From Batkoa obscura (Eukaryota): a stretch of DNA of 64,000 bases. The stretch spans positions 372,001 through 436,000 of the forward strand of contig JASVEC010000018.1 of NCBI GenBank assembly GCA_030770535.1, read 5' to 3'. The notes beneath the pieces were generated by a model. It had not been told where the DNA came from, searched no databases, and saw nothing but the letters and a program-made list of their open reading frames with translations. Each line of letters starts with the position of its first letter. The stretch's first letter is position 1. Of this stretch, positions 16,234 to 26,674 are shown one piece after another. Both the position numbers and the translations under genes were made by a program.

Positions 16234-16896
16234 TCAAGGTCCACCACCACTAGAAGCAGTACGTCTTCTACGCTCAGCGTCCATAGTAAGAGTGACTAAA
16301 AATATAAGATATATAGGTAAATCAACTTCATCAATATACTTAAATTGTTTTAAAGTATTCTTTTTAAACATATTGATATGGTATTCCAATAATGGTTGAT
16401 TTTGAGAGTCAAATAAGGTCCAATTGTTTCCAAGTATTGAAGTAGTAGTCCAGTGGAGATTTGCCATAGTATTATCTTGTTTTTTGAGATTCAATACGTA
16501 TTTATCTCTAAATTCAAACGTTTTTTTAACCATGGAAACCTCTTGATAACGTTCTGAGTTTTTTACCAAATAATCGACATTCCATCTAGTAGTTGTAAAA
16601 GAGAACCCCTGACGCTTTAACTTTAAAATTTCTTGACCTGAGAGTAAATCAAGGAATTTAGAAGTATTATAAGATACTTTAAAATTATAAGTCTCCCCAG
16701 TTTGATTATTTTTAAAATCAAACATCTTCTTAAAGCATCCTCTTTTACTTACTGTATATGTAATTAATTCATTGTCAGCCATATTACTACTCCCTTGAAA
16801 CTGGGAACAAATATCCGTATTATTCTCCAATGTATCATTGTAGCTAGGTGGTGCTTCAAGTTGGTTATTAAAGGGCTTTTCAGTTTCTAAACTCAT
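16234..16896 (-). CDS. Tubby-C/LURP-one/scramblase-like family member 4
   Basis: 220 aa, PPSY motif, C-terminal DLPIYLIFLVTL helix; close paralog of 54833-55521. Confidence 0.8.
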   Translation of the reverse strand: MSLETEKPFNNQLEAPPSYNDTLENNTDICSQFQGSSNMADNELITYTVSKRGCFKKMFDFKNNQTGETYNFKVSYNTSKFLDLLSGQEILKLKRQGFSFTTTRWNVDYLVKNSERYQEVSMVKKTFEFRDKYVLNLKKQDNTMANLHWTTTSILGNNWTLFDSQNQPLLEYHINMFKKNTLKQFKYIDEVDLPIYLIFLVTLTMDAERRRRTASSGGGP

Positions 16897-17808
16897 TTTA
16901 TTTTTCCTTAAAATCCTAAATTTCTCAATTTATTTATATCTTTGATTAGAATGTATATATTCTTAATTAGAACTCTTATTTCTCTTTTTTAGCCAAATAG
17001 ATCATTATTTGGGGCCTATCTTCATTTTAACTAATTACTATTGATTATAATTATACCGCTTTATTTATTTAATTGTAATAGGCCATTAGATTATTCCTAA
17101 CTTTTCTTTACAGATTCATCTTCATATAATTTATATAGTTACCTAGAGATAAATAACTGCAATGCTATAAAAGAATTTCCAGAAAAATAATTTTATTTTC
17201 AGAGATAGAAAAAACATACTGTTGCAACTAATAACTCTCTTACTTTCATGTCCATGAATTTATAAAGAAACATCAAGAACGATCTAGTAAAATATAGCAT
17301 TAAATTCAATCATAAAAGCTTATTTTTGATAAGCTTCTAAAAAATACATCCCTATTTGAAGCTTTATACTAAATAAGGTCTTTGATTAAAACCTACTCCT
17401 TAGACCTTGTTGATTATGATAAAATAACGGGCAAAGATACAACTTAGGTTGTTGTAATGACATAATATTACGCGCAGCTTTGTTGCTTTAGCCAATCATA
17501 ATCCTTTCGGTTTTTCTTACCAAAGCTCAATTAATTTATGACTAGCAGCTTCTCATCAAAAATAGTAATATTTATAGTATAATCGATAAATTTAAAAGTA
17601 GTTTAAATTTTAAAAAAATTCTAATTCTACTTTTCGTCCCATTTCCTATCTAACGCGAAGTTCTTAGTAAACCATTAAATAAAACTGGGCAAAAAAACAT
17701 TTTAATAAGTTATCTAAAATTAAAAGGGCAAATATTTTTGTAATTAGTATTTAATTTGGAATTTCTGCTGAAAATCAGAATTGAGCATTTAGAAAGTTCT
17801 TTAACCCA

Positions 17809-17895
17809 TATGTGGGAGGGGGACCATCTTAATTTTTAAACCTTTTTCTATTTTTAAGCGCTATTAAGTAAAAAATGCTAAAATTCTAAAAAGCC
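17809..17895 (+). mobile_element. Degenerate MITE copy
   Basis: TTTTTCTATTTTTAAGCGCTATT...AAAATTCT core only. Confidence 0.45.
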
Positions 17896-18868
17896 TATTT
17901 TGAATAATAATTTAAGTGGCCTATTCTCATACTTATTATTAAAAATGTATCTGTGATTTAAAATCCTAAACAATAACAATAAAAAACAATTTAAAATCAA
18001 AGGAAAAATAAAAATTAGAGTTTTTTAAATAACATATTCATGGTTTCTGTTTTGAGGTCTAAAAATATTGAAAATTCAAGCTCTTTTTGGAACAAACGTT
18101 TATTTATTTCAATACAATCTTTAAATAAGATGCTCAAAGGTAACTTAGCTTTATAATCTCGATTATTAAGGCTTATTCTAACCAGAGAAATAGATATTTT
18201 AAAAACAATGTTACAAGTTTTACATAAATATAAGGTAAATGTGAATATTTGTATGTTGTATCATGGCTTTTAGTTAGACAGGTTGTCTAGAATATACTCA
18301 AATATAGTTTTAATTTATTATAGTTACATATACTTAAATTGAACTTGTTTTAATAAAAAAGTTAGTTTTTTTATTTATATTTTAAATATTAATATTCAAA
18401 TATAATATAGCACATGAAATGATACTATAATGGATTACTAATTTATATATACATGAAAATATTTTGTAGTATGTATCCAAAGAAAAGCTTTAATTTTATT
18501 AAAAATAAAAATTTGGTAAAAAGTTTAAATGTTCACACTACTTACCCTATTCTATAGCTGGGTACAATTATTTAAAGCTGAATCCTATACAGCTTTACTT
18601 AGCCAATTCTAAATCGGGTACTAAAGCACTCAATATTCTTTGAGTATCGGATAGCTAATTATTCTCTCTTCTCCCCCTCCTTCCTCTTCATTTCCTCCTC
18701 CTACCTTTTCATTTAACTATTCTCATTATTTTCTTCAATAAATAAAGACACTTTATGATGTAGTTTTCAAGACTCAAAAACCAAAATATATTATGATAAT
18801 ACCACTTTTTATTCCTGTGATTTTTTTATAATTGTAGATTAAATTTCGAAATCATGCTATAGTGATTA

Positions 18869-18971
18869 TATGCGAGTGTTTTTTTTGACTTCACTATTTT
18901 TTCATTTTTTAAGCGCTATTTAAGCGGAAAATTTGTTAGTAAATTTTTAAACACAAAAATACATCCCCATA
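18869..18971 (+). mobile_element. MITE copy (empty paralogous site at ~53509)
   Basis: TA-flanked full copy ending AAAAATACATCCCCATA. Confidence 0.9.
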
Positions 18972-19312
18972 TGTTCATCCTACTATTAAGAACTTTTGAT
19001 AAATCTTGCTGAAATTGTTTATTAGTGAATGCTAATATTAGTATTAAAGTACAATAACCTACAGTTTAGCATTACAAACATTATTATGCTTTGTTAATGA
19101 TATTTATATTAATTTTATAGTAGCCTTAAATACTTTTTTTAAATAGACAAGTTATAAATATTTTTTAGAGATTGTAAATTAAATTAATTGCTCTAATCTA
19201 AACATTATACCTGATCTTATTAATTAATTTCAAAATATTTATGTAACACAGAAAATTTAATATATAAACAAATAAATAACACTCAAATATTTTAAACTTG
19301 AAGATAAACAAA

Positions 19313-19933
19313 ATGATTTCAAAAAATTTTCAAAGTATTATGAACAAAATGCCTTCTCAAGAATCTAAAAATTCCACTTCAGACTTAGAAGAATATTTTG
19401 ACCTTATTGGACTAAGAAAACCAAATCTCAAAGTGGCCAGTTATACAGTAACGGTAGAAGGATTCTTTGAGAAGCAAGTGGAATTGGTAAACAAACAAAA
19501 TGGATTATCATGCAAAAGTATAATTTCAATCGAGGAAGCAAAATATTTCAATAGATACAACTTATGTATGCTAAAATTAAATCAATGCAATTTCTCAAAA
19601 AGGATTACAAATTGGGAGATAATTACTTTTAATTGTTGTTCCAAAAGATATTCAGCTATTACGCTCGAATCCAAAACCTTGAATTTAGCCTTACTTTATC
19701 TTATCACTATGAATAAAAGGAGTGGAGAAATTATTAGGTACATATGGATTCCAGCGCAATCTGGTTTTAAATGGACATTATTGGATTCTCGGTCATGTAA
19801 TAAACTTTTGATATATAATGCTTGTTCAACCAAGGTGCATACTTTAAATCAGTACTATATTATTGAAAAAGAAGATTTAAACATTTTTTTATTTACTTTA
19901 TCAATCATTATTGTTGACAACAAAAGCAAATAA
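19313..19933 (+). CDS. Tubby-C/LURP-one/scramblase-like family member 5
   Basis: First ATG at 19313; VASYTVTVEGFFEKQV...EDLNIFLFTLSIIIV; close paralog of 52536-53177. Confidence 0.78.
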   Translation: MISKNFQSIMNKMPSQESKNSTSDLEEYFDLIGLRKPNLKVASYTVTVEGFFEKQVELVNKQNGLSCKSIISIEEAKYFNRYNLCMLKLNQCNFSKRITNWEIITFNCCSKRYSAITLESKTLNLALLYLITMNKRSGEIIRYIWIPAQSGFKWTLLDSRSCNKLLIYNACSTKVHTLNQYYIIEKEDLNIFLFTLSIIIVDNKSK

Positions 19934-20477
19934 CGTTCAAAGGGCTGGTTTGAACCAAAAATATTATAGCTTTTTGGTCAGAGGATTTATCAGTATGTAT
20001 ATAGCTGTTAATTTCACTGTTAAATACTAAAGCATAGCTTTTGAAATTGATTAATTACAATAAAATGCTTATTGAATGTGATGATTTTTTATATTAAATA
20101 TACGTATTCTTTGATTAAGTATTAAAAAACTATTTACAGAAGTCACTTGTTAATAATACGATACTATAAACCATACTAATTTCAAGTGTTATTTTATTTA
20201 AGTATCTTTTACTATTAATCTAGATTGCGAATTGATAACCTATAGGATAATGTATTCTTAACTAAATGCTATTATTATCCTAATTGCAGGATAAATTTAT
20301 AACCATAACTTCTAAAATAGTGGCCAGATAAGGTTTTTTACCTTGGCGTTTATTTTAAATTTTATAAGCGTATTTATAGATGGCATTTTACTGCTTCAAA
20401 GGTAGGTTTATAGAAGGTTTATAGAAGGTTTATGGAAGGTTAGTTAAAAATAGGTAAAATTAAAACTATTTTATACA

Positions 20478-20580
20478 TATAGGGAGGTTTTTTTGATTTC
20501 ATTACTTTTCTGTTTTTTAAGTGCTGTTTGAATGGAAAAATTGATAGTAAAATTCTTAAACATAAAAATATATCCTCATA
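20478..20580 (+). mobile_element. MITE copy
   Basis: TATAGGGAGG...AAAAATATATCCTCATA. Confidence 0.82.
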
Positions 20581-20726
20581 TATTTGTCAAACTATATGCC
20601 CCTGAAATGAGTATTTTTGGCTTATCAATTTGCTTTCAGAGGTAGTAACTTAACTTTAAATATTTGAAAGACATCTTATAAATAAATCTAAACACTGTTC
20701 TATCAAATCTAGTATTGGTAATATAA

Positions 20727-20832
20727 TATGACGATGTATTTTTGTGTTTAAGGATTTTACTATCAATCTTTCTGCTCAAATAGCGCTTAAAAGATAGAAA
20801 AAGTAATGAGACCAAAAAAACGCACCCTTATA
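20727..20832 (-). mobile_element. MITE copy
   Basis: TATGACGATGTATTTTTGTGTTTAAG...GCTCAAATAGCGCTTAAAA. Confidence 0.85.
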
Positions 20833-21108
20833 TATCTTAACAAAGTTAACTAAAAAACATTTACAGTTTATTATAAAGTATTCATAATAATTTAATACTT
20901 ATTTCACCTTCTTTTTATTGATAAAGTTTGAAAAATATCTCAAAAATCCATTTGAGCTCGTAAAAGCTATAATCATTTCATAGTTCTTATTTTTTCTGAA
21001 ATTACTATTTATAACACTTGGAATTTTGCACCTTGATTTAAAATAACAATTCACCGCACAATCAGATATAAATAGTTAAAAAGAAAAAGTGAGATAATTT
21101 TCTATAAA

Positions 21109-21744
21109 ATGTTCAAAAGTCTTGATGTTAGACATAGTGATTTACCACCAAGTTATGAAGAAATCACTCAAAATCAAAACTCAATAGGCAACGGTATTGA
21201 GAGTTCAATCAAAGATTTCAAACCTCAGGAATTCAAAGTAAAATATCAATCTGTATTATCAAATAAAATAAAATTTAAGGGTGACAAAAATTACCAAATA
21301 GTAGTGGAAGTACATTCTGGTAAAGCCAAGCTTTTAAACAACGATCTGAGTAAACATCTTTCATTAGAATACAAAAAAGGACTATCAAAGTCAACAGATT
21401 CCCTTGCTTGGGAAATAACCAAAAATAAACAAGTTGCAAAGACCTATGAATCAATTATAATGTTTAAGGAGTTAATTAACAAAGAAGCAAACTACATCAT
21501 CCAAATGAAAGCCAAGGAAAATAAAAAAGTTTATTTAACATTGGAGCGTATTGAAAATTCAAAAAATGACTGGGTGTTGTATTATAAAATCAATCCAAGT
21601 TTAGTGCTCTTATTATATTCAACCAATTTAGTAGCAGCTGACAGTTTAACTCAATACTTTAAAATGACCGCTGAAGAGTTAGATGTGTATTTGCTTTGCC
21701 TGGCTTTCGTAATTAATAGTCATAAAAATAAGGACGTGCTGTAA
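21109..21744 (+). CDS. Tubby-C/LURP-one/scramblase-like family member 6
   Basis: 211 aa, LPPSY motif, C-terminal ELDVYLLCLAFVI helix. Confidence 0.75.
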   Translation: MFKSLDVRHSDLPPSYEEITQNQNSIGNGIESSIKDFKPQEFKVKYQSVLSNKIKFKGDKNYQIVVEVHSGKAKLLNNDLSKHLSLEYKKGLSKSTDSLAWEITKNKQVAKTYESIIMFKELINKEANYIIQMKAKENKKVYLTLERIENSKNDWVLYYKINPSLVLLLYSTNLVAADSLTQYFKMTAEELDVYLLCLAFVINSHKNKDVL

Positions 21745-21749
21745 TACAA

Positions 21750-22150
21750 GACTATATTCGCTCTTTCCTAGGATTGCTGTCATTAATAAAAGACGAATGT
21801 AGTCTTCCATACCGTATAAGATTACTGTTTAACGTCTTATTAGATGATTACTAACTTATATTCTGACTACTACACCCTCATTTATGAAAATCCATGTACT
21901 ATCTCTGATAACTGGATTTTTTAATGTTCCCTTTTATTTAAATAAAGTTACTATTAACATCTGTTCAACCCCATGTTTACAAAGAAAATCACTGTTGTAA
22001 TACAGCACTTTGTTTAGTGGTTTAATAAACTTCAAATCTATACTAAATATTTAAGAATTTTCTCACTATGTTACTATTTAAGTATCAAAATAATATGATC
22101 ACAGCAAACAGCCCATTACTTGGCTAAAAAAACAGTTGAAATATATATGA
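21750..22150 (-). pseudogene. Decayed Tubby-like family relic
   Basis: Minus frame reads MLIVTLFK*KGTL...DSTWIFINEG...*...GMEDYIRLLLMTAILG, ending in a family-type ED plus hydrophobic helix; in-frame stops. Confidence 0.4.
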
Positions 22151-22994
22151 TCAATATTATATATATGACTAAACATGATTATGCTGATAATACAATACTT
22201 CTATTTGAATTAATTATCGAAATATCGAAATAATTTAGGTTGATAAGAGTGTATTATTTTACGATAAATCTAATAAAATGTGTATCAAAATATAATTTAT
22301 ACTAAATTCTATCAAATAGGATTTATTTTTTACCTCTTTGTTTTGGGTTTTATTAAATTTCTTAAGCAACTACATGTATCACTTTTTATTTACATACACA
22401 TCTAACTTTTTATATATTCTGCTTTTTTTTGTTTTATACCAAGCTATTAGCTTTGATGCTACCCTCGTGTAAAATTAATGGTAAACGGTAAGCGTTGGCG
22501 CAGTCGAACTTTAGCTCATAAACTATGTTCAAGATGTGTCTTATGTTTAAACAAAAGATGCAAGCTATTGGTATTAATATTCATTTACAAAATTTGTTGC
22601 CTTTTTTCCTCCATGTTGTATTTTGTTATAGAGTCTTGACTGACATAATAAATCCTTTAAGTTATTTATATCAAAATCGAAGTATAATTTGATCTTATTC
22701 TACACTGATTATAAAGTCCATTTAGCCTCCATCTGATCACTCAAAACTGATAAATTTTTCATAATTTATAAAATTATTGATATTATAGCGCGTAATCTTA
22801 AGTAATAAGATTATTCTCTTTTACGATGACGCTTCTTTCAGTTTTGTAAAGTTTCTTTTTATTTAAGTTGGCCCGAAAATAAATTGAAATCTAAACGAAA
22901 ATAAAAACTAAGTGGTCACTTAACAGACAAAAAAGTATAAATAGGGTCGTATTAAGATGAAATAAATCAAAAGATTAAAAAACAACTTTATTAA

Positions 22995-23642
22995 ATGAAC
23001 AAACAGCCAGAACAATACTCTCTAGTACTTTCAAATAAAACTATGCTTGGTTATGAGGAGACACCATCGCATTACGGAAGCAACAATCCACATAGTGAAA
23101 AAAAAGAATTGATTAACTATACTGTTAAAAAATCAGGGTGTTTAATGCGAAATGTAACCATTAGTGACGACAAAAAGAGCATCACCTATATAAGCAATGT
23201 ATTTATATTAACTGCTGATTTATTAAATGAACATGGGGAACCAGATTTAAAAATTTCCCGTAGCAATTTTATACTATGGTACAGCATTTGGGATATTACC
23301 TATTTAAAAAGGGAAAATAAGGTTTATGATGATATAAAAATGGTTAAAAAAAGATTTCAAATAATTCCAAGTTATACTATTAGAATGCATAAAAATAATG
23401 GCGAAATAAGCGAATATGAATGGTATCCGACTTCCTTTTTTTGCTGTTGTTGGGCCCTTTATAAAAAGAATATGTACGATGATAAGATTTTACAGTATAA
23501 CAACCGCTTGTTTAAAGATAGCGAGTTATTTCAGTATAGATACATTGACCCGGATGATTTGAGAATTTTCCTGTTAACAATTTCCTTTCTTACAATTCAC
23601 TACGAGCGTCCTAATCATCAATCTAACGTTATCTTTTACTAG
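22995..23642 (+). CDS. Tubby-C/LURP-one/scramblase-like family member 7
   Basis: 215 aa, TATAAA upstream, Cys cluster FFCCCW, DLRIFLLTISFLTIHYERP. Confidence 0.78.
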   Translation: MNKQPEQYSLVLSNKTMLGYEETPSHYGSNNPHSEKKELINYTVKKSGCLMRNVTISDDKKSITYISNVFILTADLLNEHGEPDLKISRSNFILWYSIWDITYLKRENKVYDDIKMVKKRFQIIPSYTIRMHKNNGEISEYEWYPTSFFCCCWALYKKNMYDDKILQYNNRLFKDSELFQYRYIDPDDLRIFLLTISFLTIHYERPNHQSNVIFY

Positions 23643-23978
23643 CTTATTTGTTGTCATAGAATATACTAAATATGAACAAACTCACTATGTATATTAATAA
23701 ATTGTATGCCAATTTAATCAAGGCTAAGATTTTATGTATGTTTTTCAAGTATACGATGGGAGAAACCCACTTTAAGATTTATTAATTATTGATATTAAGG
23801 AAACCAAATAACATGATTATTTGATAATAAAATTTTAAATAGTAAAACTCTTCTCCTTTTTAATTTATATATTTCGTATAGTAAATAAAACATGAATAAA
23901 ATTTTAATCATTATATCAAATATTTACAAAAAGATATACTCTATCAAATTAAGAAGATGGACGAAAGTTCAATCAAAA

Positions 23979-24646
23979 TTATTGTTTTAGTCTTATCATT
24001 CTTTTTAGTTTATGAGGATGAATAATCGTATTTGTAATAAAGATAATTTATTGTGTTAGATTTTAATAAGGTATGGGGATGTATTTTTATGTTTAAGAAT
24101 TTTACTAACAAATTTTCCATTTAAATAGCGCTTAAAAAATGGAAAAAATAATGAAGTCAAAAAAAACACCCCCATATCATCTCAATCTTCTATATTATAA
24201 AGGTAGAATTGGTCTGGTAATTTATTTACCGATTTCTGAATATACTCTGAAATTACATCCTGACTATTAGTAACTTTAATAATGTAAGTAAGTGGAGACT
24301 TAAAGCTTATCCTAGTTACTTCTATCTCCTTGATTTCCGAAGTTGTTGGTGAATTCAATAAGACATCCCATCGAATATTCTTTAAACTATATTTAATGTT
24401 TTTCGATGTTAGTTCAGCTTCTTCTTCCTGATTATGATATTTAGCACTTAATGTTTTTATGTTGACTTTGTATTTGATAATCCCATCTTCATTCACAAAT
24501 TTAAAATCTCTTCTTAAGATGCCATAGCGTTCAAGGATATATTTATTTATATAGTTAAGGTTCGGTCGATTTAACTTGGAGTAATTTAAGTCATTAGAGT
24601 CTACACCTTTATATTTAATTTAAGATAATCTTCTTAAAATGTTCAT
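23979..24646 (-). pseudogene. Tubby-like family pseudogene with nonsense codons and a MITE insertion
   Basis: ATG at 24646, TAA at codon 9, YILERYGILRRDFKFVNE (compare VVLRHGFLNRNFRYLNE in 25110-25745), TGA at 24182-24184, MITE at 24072-24176, remnant tail beyond it. Confidence 0.75.
24072..24176 (-). mobile_element. MITE copy inserted at a TA inside the pseudogene
   Basis: TATGGGGATGTA...AAAAACACCCCCATA. Confidence 0.9.
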
Positions 24647-25109
24647 CTTCAATTATGTCAACTTTGATAAAAATGAGTTATTGAGCTGAAACATTCAATT
24701 GAAGTAAATAACTGTTATGTACTTTCGCGTAAATATGAAATATCAATGCTCGGAATTGGTTTATAAATTAAATATTCTATATAGAAAATTAATAAATTTG
24801 TTAAAAAGCCCAAAGCTAAATTGTATTTTGCTTAATTTAATTTTTCCGAAATTTTAAAATGTGGCTAAAACAGGTTACTCCTTTTCGCCATATATATTTA
24901 AAACAGATTATTGAAATAGTACAAGTAGTTATGAATTCTACTAGAGTCATATTATAAAATTTAGAATTTAGAGTGTGGATCTGTTGAATTTTCTATCAAG
25001 ATTAGTATACTTTATAAAAATTAAAAAAGTCGTAAATTCGAATATAGCCCCATCTTATAAGGTCATTTATACTTGAAATATAAAAATCGATAAATAGATA
25101 ATATTTACT

Positions 25110-25745
25110 TTATTCATGAAATACGATAAAAGATAACACTAAAAGGAATGTCTTAACAATACCTTTAGATAAGTAAGAATATTGTACAATATTTCCATTA
25201 CCACAAGTGTCAGCTTTATATTTCAAAATAATATCCTTAGATTGACCCTTAGGATAAATGTATAAACTGGTTGAAATAGGGAATGCTTTGAATATTTCGT
25301 ACTCTACAAGGTTTCCACAAAGGTCGTATAGTACAATGTTATAAATTGTTTCATGCTGGAAATCCTTTTTGACTACTTCGACAGAAGGATAAAATTTAGT
25401 GTTATTGATTGTATACAAAATGACAAGGTTTCTTTCAGTACAATACCTATTAGCATAATTTAAATCCATTACTTCAAAATTGTCATCAGTCAATTTTGCT
25501 CCTAATGCATACACTTTTACACTATATACTGCTCCACTCTCCTCATTTAAATATCGAAAGTTTCTGTTTAAAAATCCATGTCTTAGAACAACACAATGGC
25601 CTTTATATTCAGACACAGTGATTGGGGAGGGTGAATAATCGATACTAAGTTCAACTTCCTTAAAGTTTATGTGACATCTAGGTCTTGATATGGCACTTTG
25701 GTAGCTAACCTTTGATAAAGGCAAAAGCTGGCAATCGGAATACAT
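25110..25745 (-). CDS. Tubby-C/LURP-one/scramblase-like family member 8
   Basis: 211 aa, same strand pattern, C-terminal KTFLLVLSFIVF helix. Confidence 0.72.
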   Translation of the reverse strand: MYSDCQLLPLSKVSYQSAISRPRCHINFKEVELSIDYSPSPITVSEYKGHCVVLRHGFLNRNFRYLNEESGAVYSVKVYALGAKLTDDNFEVMDLNYANRYCTERNLVILYTINNTKFYPSVEVVKKDFQHETIYNIVLYDLCGNLVEYEIFKAFPISTSLYIYPKGQSKDIILKYKADTCGNGNIVQYSYLSKGIVKTFLLVLSFIVFHE

Positions 25746-26050
25746 TTTGGCTTAAAGTACATAAATTTATAAAGAAAGATAATAGATAGACTAGAAATAA
25801 ACTAAACTATTTATACTCTCAGGTTTTAAATATACTACTTTATGTACTTTTAAGAATAAATAGATTATAAGTAAGAATAATCCTTAAGAATTAAAATTTG
25901 ACTTTATTTTAATATGAAATTAATGTTTAGTTATAATTCATATAATAATATTTAATTAAAAATGCACCATTTATATTTTTATTAAATAGATTTTCTAGAA
26001 TAGAAGTTTAATTTGGCTACGCATGGCTTAAAGTGAGAAAATAAAAAATC

Positions 26051-26256
26051 TACCAACCTATTTAAGCAATTGTGTATGAATGATTCCTTGATGTCAATCC
26101 CTGAATTGGCATCCAAGGTTATTTTAATTATCTTTTATAGGCCCCGAAAGGGTCATCTAGCTTGGTTGGTATAATTGAAAAGAAACTTAGAATCAAAAAG
26201 CTATTCAAAAACATAGCTTTAAATCGTCATTCAATAATACTATTTGCCTGACATCT
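26051..26256 (+). ncRNA. Candidate structured non-coding RNA, family unassigned
   Basis: Several nested complementary segments forming a multibranch fold, with G-U pairs favouring the + strand; no family motif recognised. Confidence 0.35.
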
Positions 26257-26674
26257 TAATAATTCGTTATGGGAACACCATTTAATATAAATAAGGCTGT
26301 TGATTTTAAAGTAGTTTTAAATAAATTAAAGATACAAGGCTAAAAAATACAAAGTTTAAAATTTCTCACAAAAATAATATTCCAAATATTATTCCTCAGG
26401 TTTTTCAAGCTACTTTAAGTAACTTAAACAAAGGATATATATAAGGCAAAATATGACCATTAATAATACTAAATGTAATAAACACTTATTTTTTTTTATA
26501 AAATATTAAAGTCTATAGCTATCATTTTGAAATTAATTAATAGTAGTGTACCTTTAATTTCTAAATAAGTGAAAAAAACCTATACTGATTAATATTATCT
26601 CTAAACGGAATGTGATTAAGTAGTGACTAAAATAAAACCTGCAATAAAACGTAAACTCTGTTGAAAGTACCAGC

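Noticed and set aside
20404..20441. 12-bp tandem repeat AGGTTTATAGA(A) x3, telomere-like
   Set aside because: Only three imperfect units, internal location, no supporting context
24182..24184. In-frame TGA as selenocysteine or readthrough
   Set aside because: The same gene has a TAA at codon 9 and a MITE insertion, so ordinary decay explains it
6369..25745. Viral or prophage origin of the intronless ORF cluster
   Set aside because: No capsid, polymerase or integrase genes; ORFs are paralogs with TATA boxes and long TE-filled spacers
26092..26104. TGTCAATCC-CTGA as a C/D snoRNA guide to the 18S GGAUUGACA segment
   Set aside because: Only 9 nt of complementarity, buried in a hairpin, and no canonical box C; kept only within the generic structured-RNA candidate
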